From Candidatus Poribacteria bacterium (GTDB taxonomy: Bacteria > Poribacteria > WGA-4E > WGA-3G): DNA of 64,000 bases. The notes beneath the pieces are model-generated. The model saw only the letters and a list, made by a program, of their open reading frames with translations, was not told the DNA's origin and made no database searches. The translations under genes were made by a program, and so were the position numbers. Positions within the stretch are counted from its first letter, which is position 1, and every line of letters begins with the position of its first letter. Location of the stretch: NCBI GenBank assembly GCA_965205025.1, contig CBDBFU010000010.1:27233-91232 (forward strand). Reading direction: 5' to 3'. Positions 30,938 through 41,973 of this stretch are shown one piece after another.

Positions 30938-31197
30938 GGGTATGTAAATAATTTGTCACTATATGCGTCTATTTTGTAGCATAAACTGGTTAGTTTGTGC
31001 TATATCGCAAGGCGCAATCTGGATGAAGATTGCGATACAAATATCGGGCGGGTAGACCCCGCCCCTACGAAGAGGAAGAGAAGAGTCGGGAATCGGAGTT
31101 CGGAATCAACGGTATGAATGCCATTTAGGCATTCCCCGCCTACAGAAGAGTCTAATGAGTAAATTAACACCTATGGTGATAAAAACTTTACACACCC
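30938..31197. mobile_element. MITE, GGGT(A/G)TGTAAA family, carrying three REP-like hairpins
   Basis: gggtatgtaaa / tttacacaccc ends, 9-bp TSD ttctataga; single ttctataga at the paralogous site near 26770. Confidence 0.9.
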
Positions 31198-31217
31198 TTC
31201 TATAGATTACGGTTATT

Positions 31218-31366
31218 TATAGTAAACTTTAGATTTAATTAGACACTTTACTTGTAGGAGCGACCTCCTGGTCGCGACCGGGAGGTCGCTCCTACAGAAG
31301 AGGTGTGGGACGCGAACGTAAGTTGAGCCAATAGAAAATGTAGTATTCATTTTATTGTTTACTATA
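31218..31366. mobile_element. IS630-type MITE with gtaggagcgacc REP pair (inverted copy 50018-50166)
   Basis: tatagtaaac...gtttactata, 149 bp, both copies match. Confidence 0.9.
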
Positions 31367-31574
31367 GTTTTAAGAATTTCTTGTTAATGTGTGTTACTTA
31401 GAGTTTATCTTGTAAGTTAGATTGACTTCGCGAAACCCAACAGGACCCAAAGATTTCGGGTTTCGCTCCGCTCTACCCGACCTACAAAGATTATTCACTT
31501 GGGAGTATGTCAATTGAGTCTCTGTAGATTGGTGTCCGATTGGACAATGTTTGTGGTATTCATCATCAGTTTGT

Positions 31575-32084
31575 TTAGTGGGTTCTCCAACCGCCTTTGT
31601 AGGTTTGTATAAGCCCATCGCCATTTTTATCTGCACCGATGATGACAACTTGCTTTCCTACTGTGTTAAGGACTTCTATACCCCCGCCATTTTCATCTGA
31701 ATAGATGCCGGCAGCGAGCTTTCCTCTTGAATCGTAAACGTGTATAACCCCACCAAATTCACCACCAACTGAAAAAATGCCGGCAGCGTTCTTTCCTTCT
31801 GGGTTGCGGACTGACATTAACCCGCCAGAGTCACCTACACAAATGCTGGCAACCACCTTTCCTGCTGGGTTGTAAAAATTCATATCTCTTAAAAATCCAT
31901 TGATACGGGCAACGGTTTTTCCTTCTATGTTGACAACTTCCAATTCTCTACAAACGATTTTATCAAGCACCTGTTCATCTTGTTGTGCGTGTGTAGCACT
32001 ACCACCCAGTGATGCGAGGATGTATCCTGCGATGGTAAATAGACACCCGATACACATATATCCTATCTTTTGTTTGAAATTCAT
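31575..32084 (-). CDS. Hypothetical secreted beta-repeat protein
   Basis: MNFKQKIGYMCIGCLFTIAG signal; repeated GGxxxVxNxxGK units. Confidence 0.7.
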   Translation of the reverse strand: MNFKQKIGYMCIGCLFTIAGYILASLGGSATHAQQDEQVLDKIVCRELEVVNIEGKTVARINGFLRDMNFYNPAGKVVASICVGDSGGLMSVRNPEGKNAAGIFSVGGEFGGVIHVYDSRGKLAAGIYSDENGGGIEVLNTVGKQVVIIGADKNGDGLIQTYKGGWRTH

Positions 32085-32208
32085 TATTGGTTCTCCGAAT
32101 GGTTGTATTCTAAATTCATGATTAGTATATCGCTTTTTGAGTGCAGGGGTTTTGCGTCTCCCTGCAGGACGTTTCAAAAGGATTCTTATGAAAAATCGTG
32201 TTTAATCT

Positions 32209-33192
32209 TCAGTTGTTCTGTATAGAAGGGGTTGTCTGGTCATCCGCCGTTTCTGCATCCGTTTCTACGGAAGTGTCAACCGGCAATTGAGTCGTGTAGG
32301 CGACGGGGCGTACGGTTTTCCCAAAATCGTTTGCTATCTGCACTAAATCTAATATGTTTATCTGACCATCGGCATTGACATCCGCACTGCGATTCGCTTG
32401 AGTGATCGGTTGTCCGAAAGCGGCAGCAACGCGCGTCAAATCCAAAATATTAACAACACCATCCGCATTGACATCACTGGCAAGCTTCTTGAATGTTGCC
32501 ACATTATTCACAAGCGTTGCTTGTAAATCCTCATCATTCGCACCAAATAGGTTTATCCCGACTAAATGGACGACCATCGGCACATCGGGATTGAGCACAT
32601 CAAACGACAAAGATGCGAGCGTGCCAGTGCCATTTACAGTAAGCTGTGTGCCATCTGCAGCAAGCGGTGCGACACTGACAACACTTACGGCTTGATACTT
32701 TAGATCAGAAACGCCAACATCGGTGTCTATGTCTGGCAATTGTTCAATAACCTCAACATCATTGCTTCCCTCTGGCAACGGTTCACTCTCTGTGGGATCC
32801 GGCACCTTAAAAAAGAATTCTGATAATGAAAGTGTCTGTGCGTCTTCACCTACTCCAAAAAGGACAGACTGCCCTGAGGTTGTCCTTCCGTCAATGCTGA
32901 GTTGAAGTTCGTAGGTATCATTAGCACCCAACGCAGGGCGGATAAAGATACCACCGGTAGGTAGGTAATCTCCCTGTGTTGTGTCAATATATTTCAAAAC
33001 AACTGGATCATAGACCAGAAACAGACTATAGCCAGCGACACCTTGTCCATCTGCCAAGTGAATATCAACTTTTATTCTGGGTAAAGCCACATCGGTATTC
33101 TGTTTCAGGGATACCACCATTTCAGCATAACTTAATGATGTCAAGACCAATAACAAAATGACCGTAAATAAGTTAAAAAATGTTTTTTTCAT
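32209..33192 (-). CDS. Secreted cohesin + dockerin domain protein
   Basis: GVAGYSLFLVYDPVVLKY..GDYLP..GTGTLASLSF (cohesin); DVNADGVVNILDL x2 (dockerin). Confidence 0.8.
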   Translation of the reverse strand: MKKTFFNLFTVILLLVLTSLSYAEMVVSLKQNTDVALPRIKVDIHLADGQGVAGYSLFLVYDPVVLKYIDTTQGDYLPTGGIFIRPALGANDTYELQLSIDGRTTSGQSVLFGVGEDAQTLSLSEFFFKVPDPTESEPLPEGSNDVEVIEQLPDIDTDVGVSDLKYQAVSVVSVAPLAADGTQLTVNGTGTLASLSFDVLNPDVPMVVHLVGINLFGANDEDLQATLVNNVATFKKLASDVNADGVVNILDLTRVAAAFGQPITQANRSADVNADGQINILDLVQIANDFGKTVRPVAYTTQLPVDTSVETDAETADDQTTPSIQNN

Positions 33193-33260
33193 GTATATGT
33201 GCTCCTTTGTAAATTATGAGTGAACTTTAAATAGGAATTAGAGGTATTATACCTCAGATT

Positions 33261-36200
33261 TTATCTTAAATTGACGCCTATAGTTCTTGTTTTGAAGTTT
33301 CCCCACTGTGTTATCATTTTCCCTTTGGCAGAAATGAAACCTCGTAAGCGCGTTGTGGTGAGGACTTGATGTTCCCCTGCATGCGATACATCTTCTATGC
33401 GATAATAGTAGACAGTATTTGGTTTAGCAGTTGTATCTGTCCATGCGTATGTGCTTCGTTCACCTGTAGTGCCAGCCCCTTGTATCAGTTTAACGTTGAT
33501 CTTCTGAAACTCACCTGTCTTTGTGCGGCTCCGATGTATATTAAAACCGGCATTGTTCAGTTCTGATTCAGTAGTCCAGTTGATGACAACACCGTCAGGC
33601 GTATGCTCCGCTTTGAAACTCGACAACGTCACAGGGAGCGGCGTACCCTTGCGATACCCAGGATTACCCACATCCGTGGCATCTCCGTAATAGGTGATGA
33701 TTTTCGGTGGAACGTCTGCTGTAGACACCCACGCTGTGACATGCCTGCCATCTAATGGTAGCCGTTTTTTGTATAACCGTCGGATAGATGCGCGGGCACC
33801 ATCGCTTGTTTCACCGGGTGGTAGCGTCCATGCAGGTGTGTCTTTGGTGTGCGGGTAGCCATCTAAGTTGCCGACAGTATCCACGACGTTGCCGGTAGCA
33901 TCTGTGAGTTGGATCAGAAACCCGTCACTGCTGAGCAGGCGGAACCGATTTGGCATGGGTGAAAAAGCCTTCGGGTGCCGCTGAAACAGGTTGTAGGTGC
34001 GGTTGTCAGGTAAATGCTTTGAATGTACACCGCGTGCAGTTATGAGCAGCGCTGTCTGGTTCGGGAGCACATCAAACGCTTCAAGAGTCATAACAATCTG
34101 CTGATGTTTGCCCTCTTGCAACGTTTCAACAATGAGTTGATAACCTAATAGTTTAACCGAATCGGTAAAGGATGGATTATAGAGTTCAATCCACTGAGGC
34201 AAGGTTCGGGATCGGGTATTTGTCTCAAACATTATCTCACTGATACTCAAGGCAACCGTTGGACTTGTACCGGGTACGATCTGATGCAAAAATAACGGTG
34301 TAGCAATATCTGTCGGGTGTCCATAATATACGTTTATGCCGATGGCAACCGATACGGCAGACATCCATCCCGAAGCCTTTGTGCCTTTTAGTACATCACC
34401 ATCAAAACGACGTAGCAGCGAAAAACGGTGTCCCTGTGGTGTCATACTGTCGGGTAGCGTCCATGTCGGCAGATCATTTTTTGTGTCTTTATCACCATCA
34501 AGGTTGCCGACACGGTCAACGACGCGTCCAGTAGGGTGTATCAGTTTTAGAGAAAAACCCTCTGTGCCGAAGATAGTGTTTTTGAGGTGTCGTCTGAACA
34601 CATCTCGGTGTGCCTCAGAGAGATCATAAACCCGGTCGGTTGGCAGTGCATCTGAGCTTTCACCCGGTCCTGTCACCAAAATCCCCATCTGTTTCGGCGG
34701 CAGCACAAGGGTCTTGAGCGTCAGGGTAGCATATCGTTGTGTTCCGTCTGTCAGGGTTTCGACACCTAACTGCCAACCTTTCAAATCAACGGGTGTTTGA
34801 GAAGCGTTATAGAGTTCAATCCATTGCGGAAGCGTATCGTCCTTCGTTTCGAACATAAGTTCTGTGATCCGAACCTCATCGGGTAAGGTCGGGTTGAATA
34901 TAACCGCTGCTGCATTCGCGTTAGGAGCGAATAAGGCATTTTGTCCATCTTCAGGTGCGTTGGGAGCAGATCCGATACCCGGTGGTGATTGGTTCACTGT
35001 CCATGCAGCTGCGAGGTATCCATGTTCTCTGGTTTCTTTGCGCTGCCAATTGCCTACCTCGCTCAGCAGTGCTGCAGGCGCACTTGGACGACGCGTATTC
35101 GCAAGGGGCCAGACCTCCGTGCTATTATTGTTATCAACAGCACTTCGGAAATAATTGCCTGCGACATCTTCAATCGACTCTGGAGTGCCGTTTCTACTGC
35201 GCGCATGCCGTAAGATCAATAAATACGGTGTACTCGGCAGCTTCAAATCAGAAGCAACAAGATACGGATGATGTGCACCCTGCTTCCGCTTTGCACCCTG
35301 GGTGATGTTCAGTCCATCAATCATCACCGTCTCATCTGGATCGGTATTGGTAATCAGCAGCACACCACCCACCGACAATGTGTAGTCAGGGAACGATGCA
35401 ATGTCCACATCTTGATCCGCATACTCACCCGTGCTCGCGACGATGCTAATTTCCCAATCCTTAAGCCGGACATCCGTGCCACATACATTCTTGAGTTCTA
35501 TATAGTCGTTTGTGTTATCAGAGGCGTTGCGTATCTTGTTGAAAATAACACGATACACCAACGGCAGTGTGGCAGATGTGAAAGGGTCATAATAGGAGTC
35601 ATACTGCGATTGGATTTCTGTCCATGCAGTGGCAAGATACCCGCGTTCGCGTATGTCTTTGCGCTGCCAAACACCTACCCAGTTCAACTCGGCTACAGGC
35701 ACACTTGGACGATGTGTATCGGCAAGAGGCCAGACCCCCATATTGTTGTCAACAGTGTTTCGGAAATAACTACCCGCAACATCTTCAATCGACTCTGGGG
35801 TGCCGTTCTTCTCAAGCGCATGCCGTAAGATCAGCAGAAAAGGTGTGTCCGGTAATTTCAAGTCAGGCGCAACAAAATACGGATACCGCGCGTCTGTCTC
35901 CTGCTCACTTGCAGCAATATCCAACCCACTCGCAAGCCATGTCTCGCTTGGATCGGTGCTGGTAATTAACAACAGGCCTTGTGTAGGCAATATATAATCC
36001 GGGAAAGATACAATGTCCACATCTTGATCCGCATACTCCCCCTCGCTTGCGACGATGCTGATTTCCCAATCTCTGAGTCTAACATCCGTATCACATACAT
36101 TCTTGAGTTCTATATAGTCGTATGTGTCATCAGAGGCATTGCGTATTTTGTTGAAAACAACACGGGACACCACCGGCAACACGGGTGAGGAATCACGTAG

Positions 36201-39200
36201 GTAACCGGGTGTGCCAAGACACATCGACGCTGGGGCATGCCGATCATAACCGAGATGTGCATGATAACCGCTCGGTATCCACGCAGCAGCAAGATACCCC
36301 GGCTGTTCTAAATGCTGACGCTGCCACGCACCAAATTCTGCTAACGGGGCAGTTGCTTCTGTCGGATTAGGCTTGTAGGAATGCGGATAAACTTCGGTGG
36401 TGTCGTACAATACTGGCCAAAGATAATTACCAACAGCATCTTCAATCGTTCTCACGAAGTCTCCATCTTTCTCCTGCACATGTCGTAAAATCAGTAAATA
36501 CGGTGTGCTTGGCAGCTTCAAGTCAGAAGCAACAAAATAGAGATGCTGCGCACCTTTCTGCTTTGCACCTATAGCAATATTTAGTCCGCCAGCAACCACC
36601 GTTTGACTCGGATCGGTGTTGGTAATCAGCAACACACCACCCATCGACAATGTATAATCGGGGAACGATATTATGTTCGCATCTTGATTCGTATACTTAC
36701 CCTCGCTTGTGACGATGCTGATTTCCCAATCTCTGAGCCGGACACCCTCGCCACAGACATTCTTAAGTTCTATCCAGTCGTTTGTGTCGTCAGAGGCATT
36801 GCGTATTTCGTTGAATACAAGACGATGTGTTACCGCCTGAGAAGGTGAGGGATCAAGACGGTAACCGGGTGTGCCAAGACACGTCCATGCTGGGGCATGC
36901 CGATCATAACCGAGGTGCACATGATACCCGCTCGATACCCAAGACTCTGCGAGATACCCTGGCTGTTCCAAACGCTGACGCTGCCACGCACCGAAATCCG
37001 TCAATGGGGCTGTTTCCTCCGTCTGGGGTGACGCTTCAGAAATGGGATAAACAAAGGGATAAACTTCGGGACCGTCGGACAACACTTCCCAAAAATAATT
37101 GCCAGCCACATCCGCAATCGTCGGGTCTTTGTCTGTCGATGCTGTTCGTTGTAAAATCAGCAGAAAAGGTGTGTTCGGCAGCTTCAGATGTTCCGCAACG
37201 AAATACAGATGCTGCGCACCTGCCTCCCGCGCACCTGTTATGATATTCAACCCACTCGCAAGATGATTCTCGCTCGGATCCGTATTCGCAACTAACAACA
37301 ATCCCTGCGCAGGTAACACAAAGTCAGGGAGCGACACAACATCTATTTCAACACCAGACGCGACATTTTCGGTTGTGATAAGACGTATCTGCCATTCAGA
37401 GAGGTCAAGAGACGTATTACACACGTTCTTCAGTTCAATCCAATCGTTTGTATCGTCCGATGTATTGACCGAAAGGTTACCGATTTCGTTGAAGATTAAG
37501 GTCTGTGTTCCCAGAGGAATAGGTGGACGCGGGGATGGCGGATAATCTATAGGAGTGGGTTGTTCTACTGGCGGCTCTACGGGTGGTTGGTCAGGTGGCT
37601 CTATCGGTGGCTCCACAGGTGGCTCAACGGGTGGGTCAACAGGTGGTTGGACAGGTGGCTCAACGGGCGGGTCAACAGGTGATTCGGGTTCCACAGGTGG
37701 CTCTACAGGCGGGTCTTCGGGTGGCTCTACAGGCGGGTCAACGGATTCGTCAACATCTGTCACGGTGACGATCAGTGTCTGGGTCGCCGTCAATTCGCGA
37801 TCCCCGACACCACTTGTGGCGGTGAGGATTAATGTATAGACGTTGCTATTCGCAGCACTCCCCGGCATCTCAAAGTCAGGGGCAGCCTTGAAACGCAACA
37901 TATCCACCGGGGTGTTCGCCCCACCGATCTCAAATGATGATGCATCTGCTCCCCCGGTAATCGCATAACCTGTAATCACATCCTCCTCATCCGGGTCTTC
38001 TGCGACGATTGTGATAACCGCTGTCGTGTTTTCTGCAACATTTACTGCGGAGGCACTCCGGAAAACGGGTGGACGATTTGTCGGGGAAACGGGCGGTTCC
38101 GGGGGCGGTGGTTCCGGGGGCGTTCGCGATAGGGTGCTGGCTGTCAGCACATTGCTGCCAGGTTCAATTCGACTCCCACCTGACAAGGCAAACAGCTGGA
38201 AGTCATACGAGGTCCCTGGTTCAAGATCTGAATGAACAAAACTAAATCCAGAAGTACTATACCGAAGATTTGCCACCTTCATCCACTCTCTATTCGCACT
38301 TTTCTTGTAATAATATGCGTATGCCTGGGGTAAGGTGCCTGATACGTTAGCGATCCATTGGATGTGTGTATATCCGACATTGTCAAGCGTCAGCGTAATA
38401 ACAGGTGGTGCGGCAGCCGTTGCAGTGAATGCTACCTTGAGTTCGGGATGTGAGAGTTTCATTGTGTCCATCTCAGGTAGGTCGGAGTTCGTCTTTTCTG
38501 GCACGATTGCCTCTATGGTATGTGTCTCGCCATCATTGCCGAGGGTGAACGTAACTTCTGCCAATCCATCATTGCCTGTCAGGGTTTGCGTTTCCGTTAC
38601 CGTACCATCGGGCGCAGTGACCTTCCATGTGACAGGCACCTTCGCGAATTGCCGGTTGACACCACTATTTTGTGGCGTAAGACTTCTGTAATTGTCAGGG
38701 AAATTGGGATTTGTATTAACGGCACGCACCTTAAACGTGTACTGTGTTCTGGAGACACCCGTGTAAGATGCCACTGTCGGAAATTCTCTCTCAAGCATAG
38801 GGTTAGGTTTCGCATATTCGACGCTACGACTCCCGGCTAAGAGTGCTGGTATGTCTTCGTAGAGGGACTCATAGTCGAGTCCGTAGTTATGCCCCAAATT
38901 AATAGCGGTTAAGCTATTTATGACCCTTTCCTTGTTCATGAGGTCCACCAAAGGGGTGAGATCCTTCAGATGGAAAAAGAGTGTCCCACGAGAGTAGCTG
39001 CCCATGAAGCGCAGATACAGCTCCCACAAGAACACGTTTGGTAAGCTGTCTAACACGGAGAGGTCCGAGATGTTGGTGTTGCTAAAACCTAATTGTCCCG
39101 AATGAATGCCAATAGGAGGGTATTGTTCTATTGGCTCTTGATCAACGTCTGCTGAGAAAGAGCGTAGCACGGCGGATAGAGATTCACGGGTGATGTGGGC

Positions 39201-39929
39201 ATTATTACCAAGACGCAAAATTTCCAAATTGCTTAACTGTGTCAGAGGCGATACATCCGGTAGGTTCGGGTTTCCCGAAAGAACTAACTGTCTCAAGTTT
39301 GTGAGACTGCTGATCCCTGATATGTCCGTCAGGGCATTGGTGTTGAGGTTTAGGTGGACCAAATTGGTGAGTTTCAATAGGTCTGAGATATTTGTGATAC
39401 TAAAAGTGTGCTCAAGTGCGAAGTTTCTCAATTCTGTTAAACCTGCAAGGGGTGTGATGTTTGTAATCCGATGTCCTTGAATCTGTAGGTCTTGCAATTT
39501 CGTTATGCCCGCAAGGGGACTCAGATCCAAAATGGGGCGTTGTGTGACTACACTGCGGTCGATAGACGGGTTCTGTAATATCAGACGGGTGAGTTCAGTT
39601 GCATGTTCCAAGCCAATTAGATGACGAATGTCTGGGCCGGGTATGGAAACCTCCATCAGTTCCTTCATATCGTTTGCGGTGATCGGATCAGTAGACGTCC
39701 TGGGTGGTGATAAGCTGGCTGCGACGCGTTTACGAACCACAGGATCCAGTATGTCCACCATGCTGTGATTCTCTTCACCATTTACGGCGTGCGGGTATGC
39801 CTGGTGCAGCGGTACCAGAAAAAGGAGACCGATGAGAAACAATACCTTAAACATTCTGAGAACAAACTGCATTTTCAACCTCACTAACTGCGTCAATATA
39901 TTTTGTGTAAAATGTGATCTCAATACCAC
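33261..39929 (-). CDS. Large secreted protein: LRRs, FN3, cadherin, Pro-rich linker, six lamin-tail-like domains, PVTLSSF C-terminal domain
   Basis: ITDISPLxxLTxL-type LRRs, LEPGTSYDFQ, NRPPVF..VAEN..DPD, (PPVE)n, IFNEI..WIELKN/ISEIMF..WIELYN repeats; exact start uncertain. Confidence 0.88.
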   Translation of the reverse strand: MVLRSHFTQNILTQLVRLKMQFVLRMFKVLFLIGLLFLVPLHQAYPHAVNGEENHSMVDILDPVVRKRVAASLSPPRTSTDPITANDMKELMEVSIPGPDIRHLIGLEHATELTRLILQNPSIDRSVVTQRPILDLSPLAGITKLQDLQIQGHRITNITPLAGLTELRNFALEHTFSITNISDLLKLTNLVHLNLNTNALTDISGISSLTNLRQLVLSGNPNLPDVSPLTQLSNLEILRLGNNAHITRESLSAVLRSFSADVDQEPIEQYPPIGIHSGQLGFSNTNISDLSVLDSLPNVFLWELYLRFMGSYSRGTLFFHLKDLTPLVDLMNKERVINSLTAINLGHNYGLDYESLYEDIPALLAGSRSVEYAKPNPMLEREFPTVASYTGVSRTQYTFKVRAVNTNPNFPDNYRSLTPQNSGVNRQFAKVPVTWKVTAPDGTVTETQTLTGNDGLAEVTFTLGNDGETHTIEAIVPEKTNSDLPEMDTMKLSHPELKVAFTATAAAPPVITLTLDNVGYTHIQWIANVSGTLPQAYAYYYKKSANREWMKVANLRYSTSGFSFVHSDLEPGTSYDFQLFALSGGSRIEPGSNVLTASTLSRTPPEPPPPEPPVSPTNRPPVFRSASAVNVAENTTAVITIVAEDPDEEDVITGYAITGGADASSFEIGGANTPVDMLRFKAAPDFEMPGSAANSNVYTLILTATSGVGDRELTATQTLIVTVTDVDESVDPPVEPPEDPPVEPPVEPESPVDPPVEPPVQPPVDPPVEPPVEPPIEPPDQPPVEPPVEQPTPIDYPPSPRPPIPLGTQTLIFNEIGNLSVNTSDDTNDWIELKNVCNTSLDLSEWQIRLITTENVASGVEIDVVSLPDFVLPAQGLLLVANTDPSENHLASGLNIITGAREAGAQHLYFVAEHLKLPNTPFLLILQRTASTDKDPTIADVAGNYFWEVLSDGPEVYPFVYPISEASPQTEETAPLTDFGAWQRQRLEQPGYLAESWVSSGYHVHLGYDRHAPAWTCLGTPGYRLDPSPSQAVTHRLVFNEIRNASDDTNDWIELKNVCGEGVRLRDWEISIVTSEGKYTNQDANIISFPDYTLSMGGVLLITNTDPSQTVVAGGLNIAIGAKQKGAQHLYFVASDLKLPSTPYLLILRHVQEKDGDFVRTIEDAVGNYLWPVLYDTTEVYPHSYKPNPTEATAPLAEFGAWQRQHLEQPGYLAAAWIPSGYHAHLGYDRHAPASMCLGTPGYLRDSSPVLPVVSRVVFNKIRNASDDTYDYIELKNVCDTDVRLRDWEISIVASEGEYADQDVDIVSFPDYILPTQGLLLITSTDPSETWLASGLDIAASEQETDARYPYFVAPDLKLPDTPFLLILRHALEKNGTPESIEDVAGSYFRNTVDNNMGVWPLADTHRPSVPVAELNWVGVWQRKDIRERGYLATAWTEIQSQYDSYYDPFTSATLPLVYRVIFNKIRNASDNTNDYIELKNVCGTDVRLKDWEISIVASTGEYADQDVDIASFPDYTLSVGGVLLITNTDPDETVMIDGLNITQGAKRKQGAHHPYLVASDLKLPSTPYLLILRHARSRNGTPESIEDVAGNYFRSAVDNNNSTEVWPLANTRRPSAPAALLSEVGNWQRKETREHGYLAAAWTVNQSPPGIGSAPNAPEDGQNALFAPNANAAAVIFNPTLPDEVRITELMFETKDDTLPQWIELYNASQTPVDLKGWQLGVETLTDGTQRYATLTLKTLVLPPKQMGILVTGPGESSDALPTDRVYDLSEAHRDVFRRHLKNTIFGTEGFSLKLIHPTGRVVDRVGNLDGDKDTKNDLPTWTLPDSMTPQGHRFSLLRRFDGDVLKGTKASGWMSAVSVAIGINVYYGHPTDIATPLFLHQIVPGTSPTVALSISEIMFETNTRSRTLPQWIELYNPSFTDSVKLLGYQLIVETLQEGKHQQIVMTLEAFDVLPNQTALLITARGVHSKHLPDNRTYNLFQRHPKAFSPMPNRFRLLSSDGFLIQLTDATGNVVDTVGNLDGYPHTKDTPAWTLPPGETSDGARASIRRLYKKRLPLDGRHVTAWVSTADVPPKIITYYGDATDVGNPGYRKGTPLPVTLSSFKAEHTPDGVVINWTTESELNNAGFNIHRSRTKTGEFQKINVKLIQGAGTTGERSTYAWTDTTAKPNTVYYYRIEDVSHAGEHQVLTTTRLRGFISAKGKMITQWGNFKTRTIGVNLR

Positions 39930-39943
39930 CTGCTCATGAAGTA

Positions 39944-41890
39944 TTAGTCAAAAGCGCGTAGTATTCCATTTCTGACGATTAGGACATTCGGTTCATACAC
40001 AGCATCGCCGTCAGCATTAAAAGAGAACTTACCCAAAATGGTATCAAGTTCACTGATATTTGCAAGTGCGTCGCGTATTGCATGTGCGTCCCATCCCGCA
40101 GTGTTTTGCAATGCTTCTGCGAACACTTGCACACATGCGTATGATACGGCTGCGAAAGCATTTGGCGTTGTGCCGTAAGTGTCTTGATACTTTTCAACAA
40201 ACGCTTGGTTACCCGGTGTTTCATCAGTGCTGAGCCATCCTGTAAAAGTCAATGCACCTTCTGCGGCATCCCCTGCCGCTTCTACTTCAACTTGGGTTAA
40301 AGAACTGATAAGAATAGGCACGTCAATACCGAGTTCTCGTGCTTGGATCAAGATGGCGGGTTTTTCTGGTGGCAGTGCGGACACAAAGAGCGCGTCTGGG
40401 TTCAATGCTTTAATACGCGTCAGTTGCGGTGTGAAGTCCGTTGTGCCCGTTGTGTAGGTGTGTATGCCAAGCACTTCAACATTGTTATCGGTAAAGGCTT
40501 GTTGCAATGCAGCATCTCGGTCTGTAGAGAATAGGTCTGTTTCATCATACAGTGTCGTGACCTTTTGGTATCCCATTTTCCTTTTTGTAATCTCAACGGC
40601 TTTGGGAATGACAATATCTGTCGTGAGTGCGACCCGAAAGACGAAATCACCGATTGCACCCAACCCGCTTGCACCCGCTGTTGCACTGATGGCAACAACC
40701 TCATTTGCTTGTGCGATGGGAAACGCAGCACGCGTTGAACTCGATGAGCCAGGTCCCAGAATGACAGACACACCGTGTTCGTGTATCAGTTCTTCAAACG
40801 CAGCTACCGCCCCTTCCGCAGTGCCTTTATCATCTATAATGATGTAGTCTACCAGTATATCACCTAAATTATCACCCCAAGTGCCAAAGAACTCATAAAA
40901 AGCCAATTCAAACCCTGTTTTCATAATCTCACCTATCTCGGCTAAATGTCCCGACAGTGGCATTACCAGTCCGACATTCATGTGAACATAGGGGCTTATT
41001 GGAATATCCTCCGGAATACCCGGTTCATCCGTTGTATCCGTTGTATAGTTGTAGTACGTGACCGACACGACAGGTTGACCCAAATCCTGTGCTATCTGTA
41101 CTAAATCTAATATGTTTATCTCACCATCGGCATTGACATCCGCCTGGCGATTGTCTGCGGTGATAGGTGCTCCGAGATCGGTTGCGACGCGTGTCAAATC
41201 CAAAATATCAACAACACCATCCGCATTGACATCACTGGTAAGCATTTTAAATGTTGCCATATTATTGCGAAGCGTCGGGTGTAATTCCATATCATCGGCA
41301 TCAAAGAGTTCTATGCCGACTAAACGTATGGCAAATTGCATATCGGGATTGAGTACATCAAACAACACAGACGCAAGCGTGCCATCGCCATCTGCTGCAA
41401 ACGGTGCTGCACTGACAATACTGACGACTTGATACTTCTTCGGAGTAGGCAGCAGTAGTTCAATCGGTGTGGGGGGCAGTCGAATCTGTGTGGGGTGAGA
41501 TTTTTCAAAAAAGAAATCTGCTAATGAAAGTATTTGTGTATCTTCGCCGACGCCAAAGTCAATCGACTGCCCTGTAGTTGTTGTTTCGTCGATAGTGAGT
41601 TGGAGTTCGTAGGTATCATCGGCACCCAACGCAGGGCGGAGAAAGATACCACCAGCAGGCAGGTAATCTCCCTGTGTTGTGTCAACATATTTCAAGGCAG
41701 TGGGATCATAGGCTATCAGCATATTATAGCCCGCGACGCCTTTGCCACCTGTCAAATGAATATCTACTTTTATTTTGGGTAAAGCCGCGTCGGAATCCTG
41801 TTTGAGGGATACCACCATTTCAGCAGAACTCAGTGTGGTAAAACCGACTAACAAGACGGCTATCAATAAGCCGTAAAATGTTTTTTTCAT
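39944..41890 (-). CDS. Cohesin + dockerin + branched-chain amino acid ABC substrate-binding (LivJ-like) fusion
   Basis: N-half paralogous to 32209 protein; VGLVMPLSG, DDKGT, DFTPQLTRIK, GKFSFNADGD. Confidence 0.85.
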   Translation of the reverse strand: MKKTFYGLLIAVLLVGFTTLSSAEMVVSLKQDSDAALPKIKVDIHLTGGKGVAGYNMLIAYDPTALKYVDTTQGDYLPAGGIFLRPALGADDTYELQLTIDETTTTGQSIDFGVGEDTQILSLADFFFEKSHPTQIRLPPTPIELLLPTPKKYQVVSIVSAAPFAADGDGTLASVLFDVLNPDMQFAIRLVGIELFDADDMELHPTLRNNMATFKMLTSDVNADGVVDILDLTRVATDLGAPITADNRQADVNADGEINILDLVQIAQDLGQPVVSVTYYNYTTDTTDEPGIPEDIPISPYVHMNVGLVMPLSGHLAEIGEIMKTGFELAFYEFFGTWGDNLGDILVDYIIIDDKGTAEGAVAAFEELIHEHGVSVILGPGSSSSTRAAFPIAQANEVVAISATAGASGLGAIGDFVFRVALTTDIVIPKAVEITKRKMGYQKVTTLYDETDLFSTDRDAALQQAFTDNNVEVLGIHTYTTGTTDFTPQLTRIKALNPDALFVSALPPEKPAILIQARELGIDVPILISSLTQVEVEAAGDAAEGALTFTGWLSTDETPGNQAFVEKYQDTYGTTPNAFAAVSYACVQVFAEALQNTAGWDAHAIRDALANISELDTILGKFSFNADGDAVYEPNVLIVRNGILRAFD

Positions 41891-41973
41891 GATTATTGTC
41901 TCCTTTGTGAACTATTGATGTAATATGTGCGGGGGTTTTGCGTCTCCCCGCAGGATGCGTTAACTGAATGTTC

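Noticed and set aside
37555-37839. Gly/Ser/Thr-rich plus-strand ORF
   Set aside because: Antisense of the (PPVE)n linker
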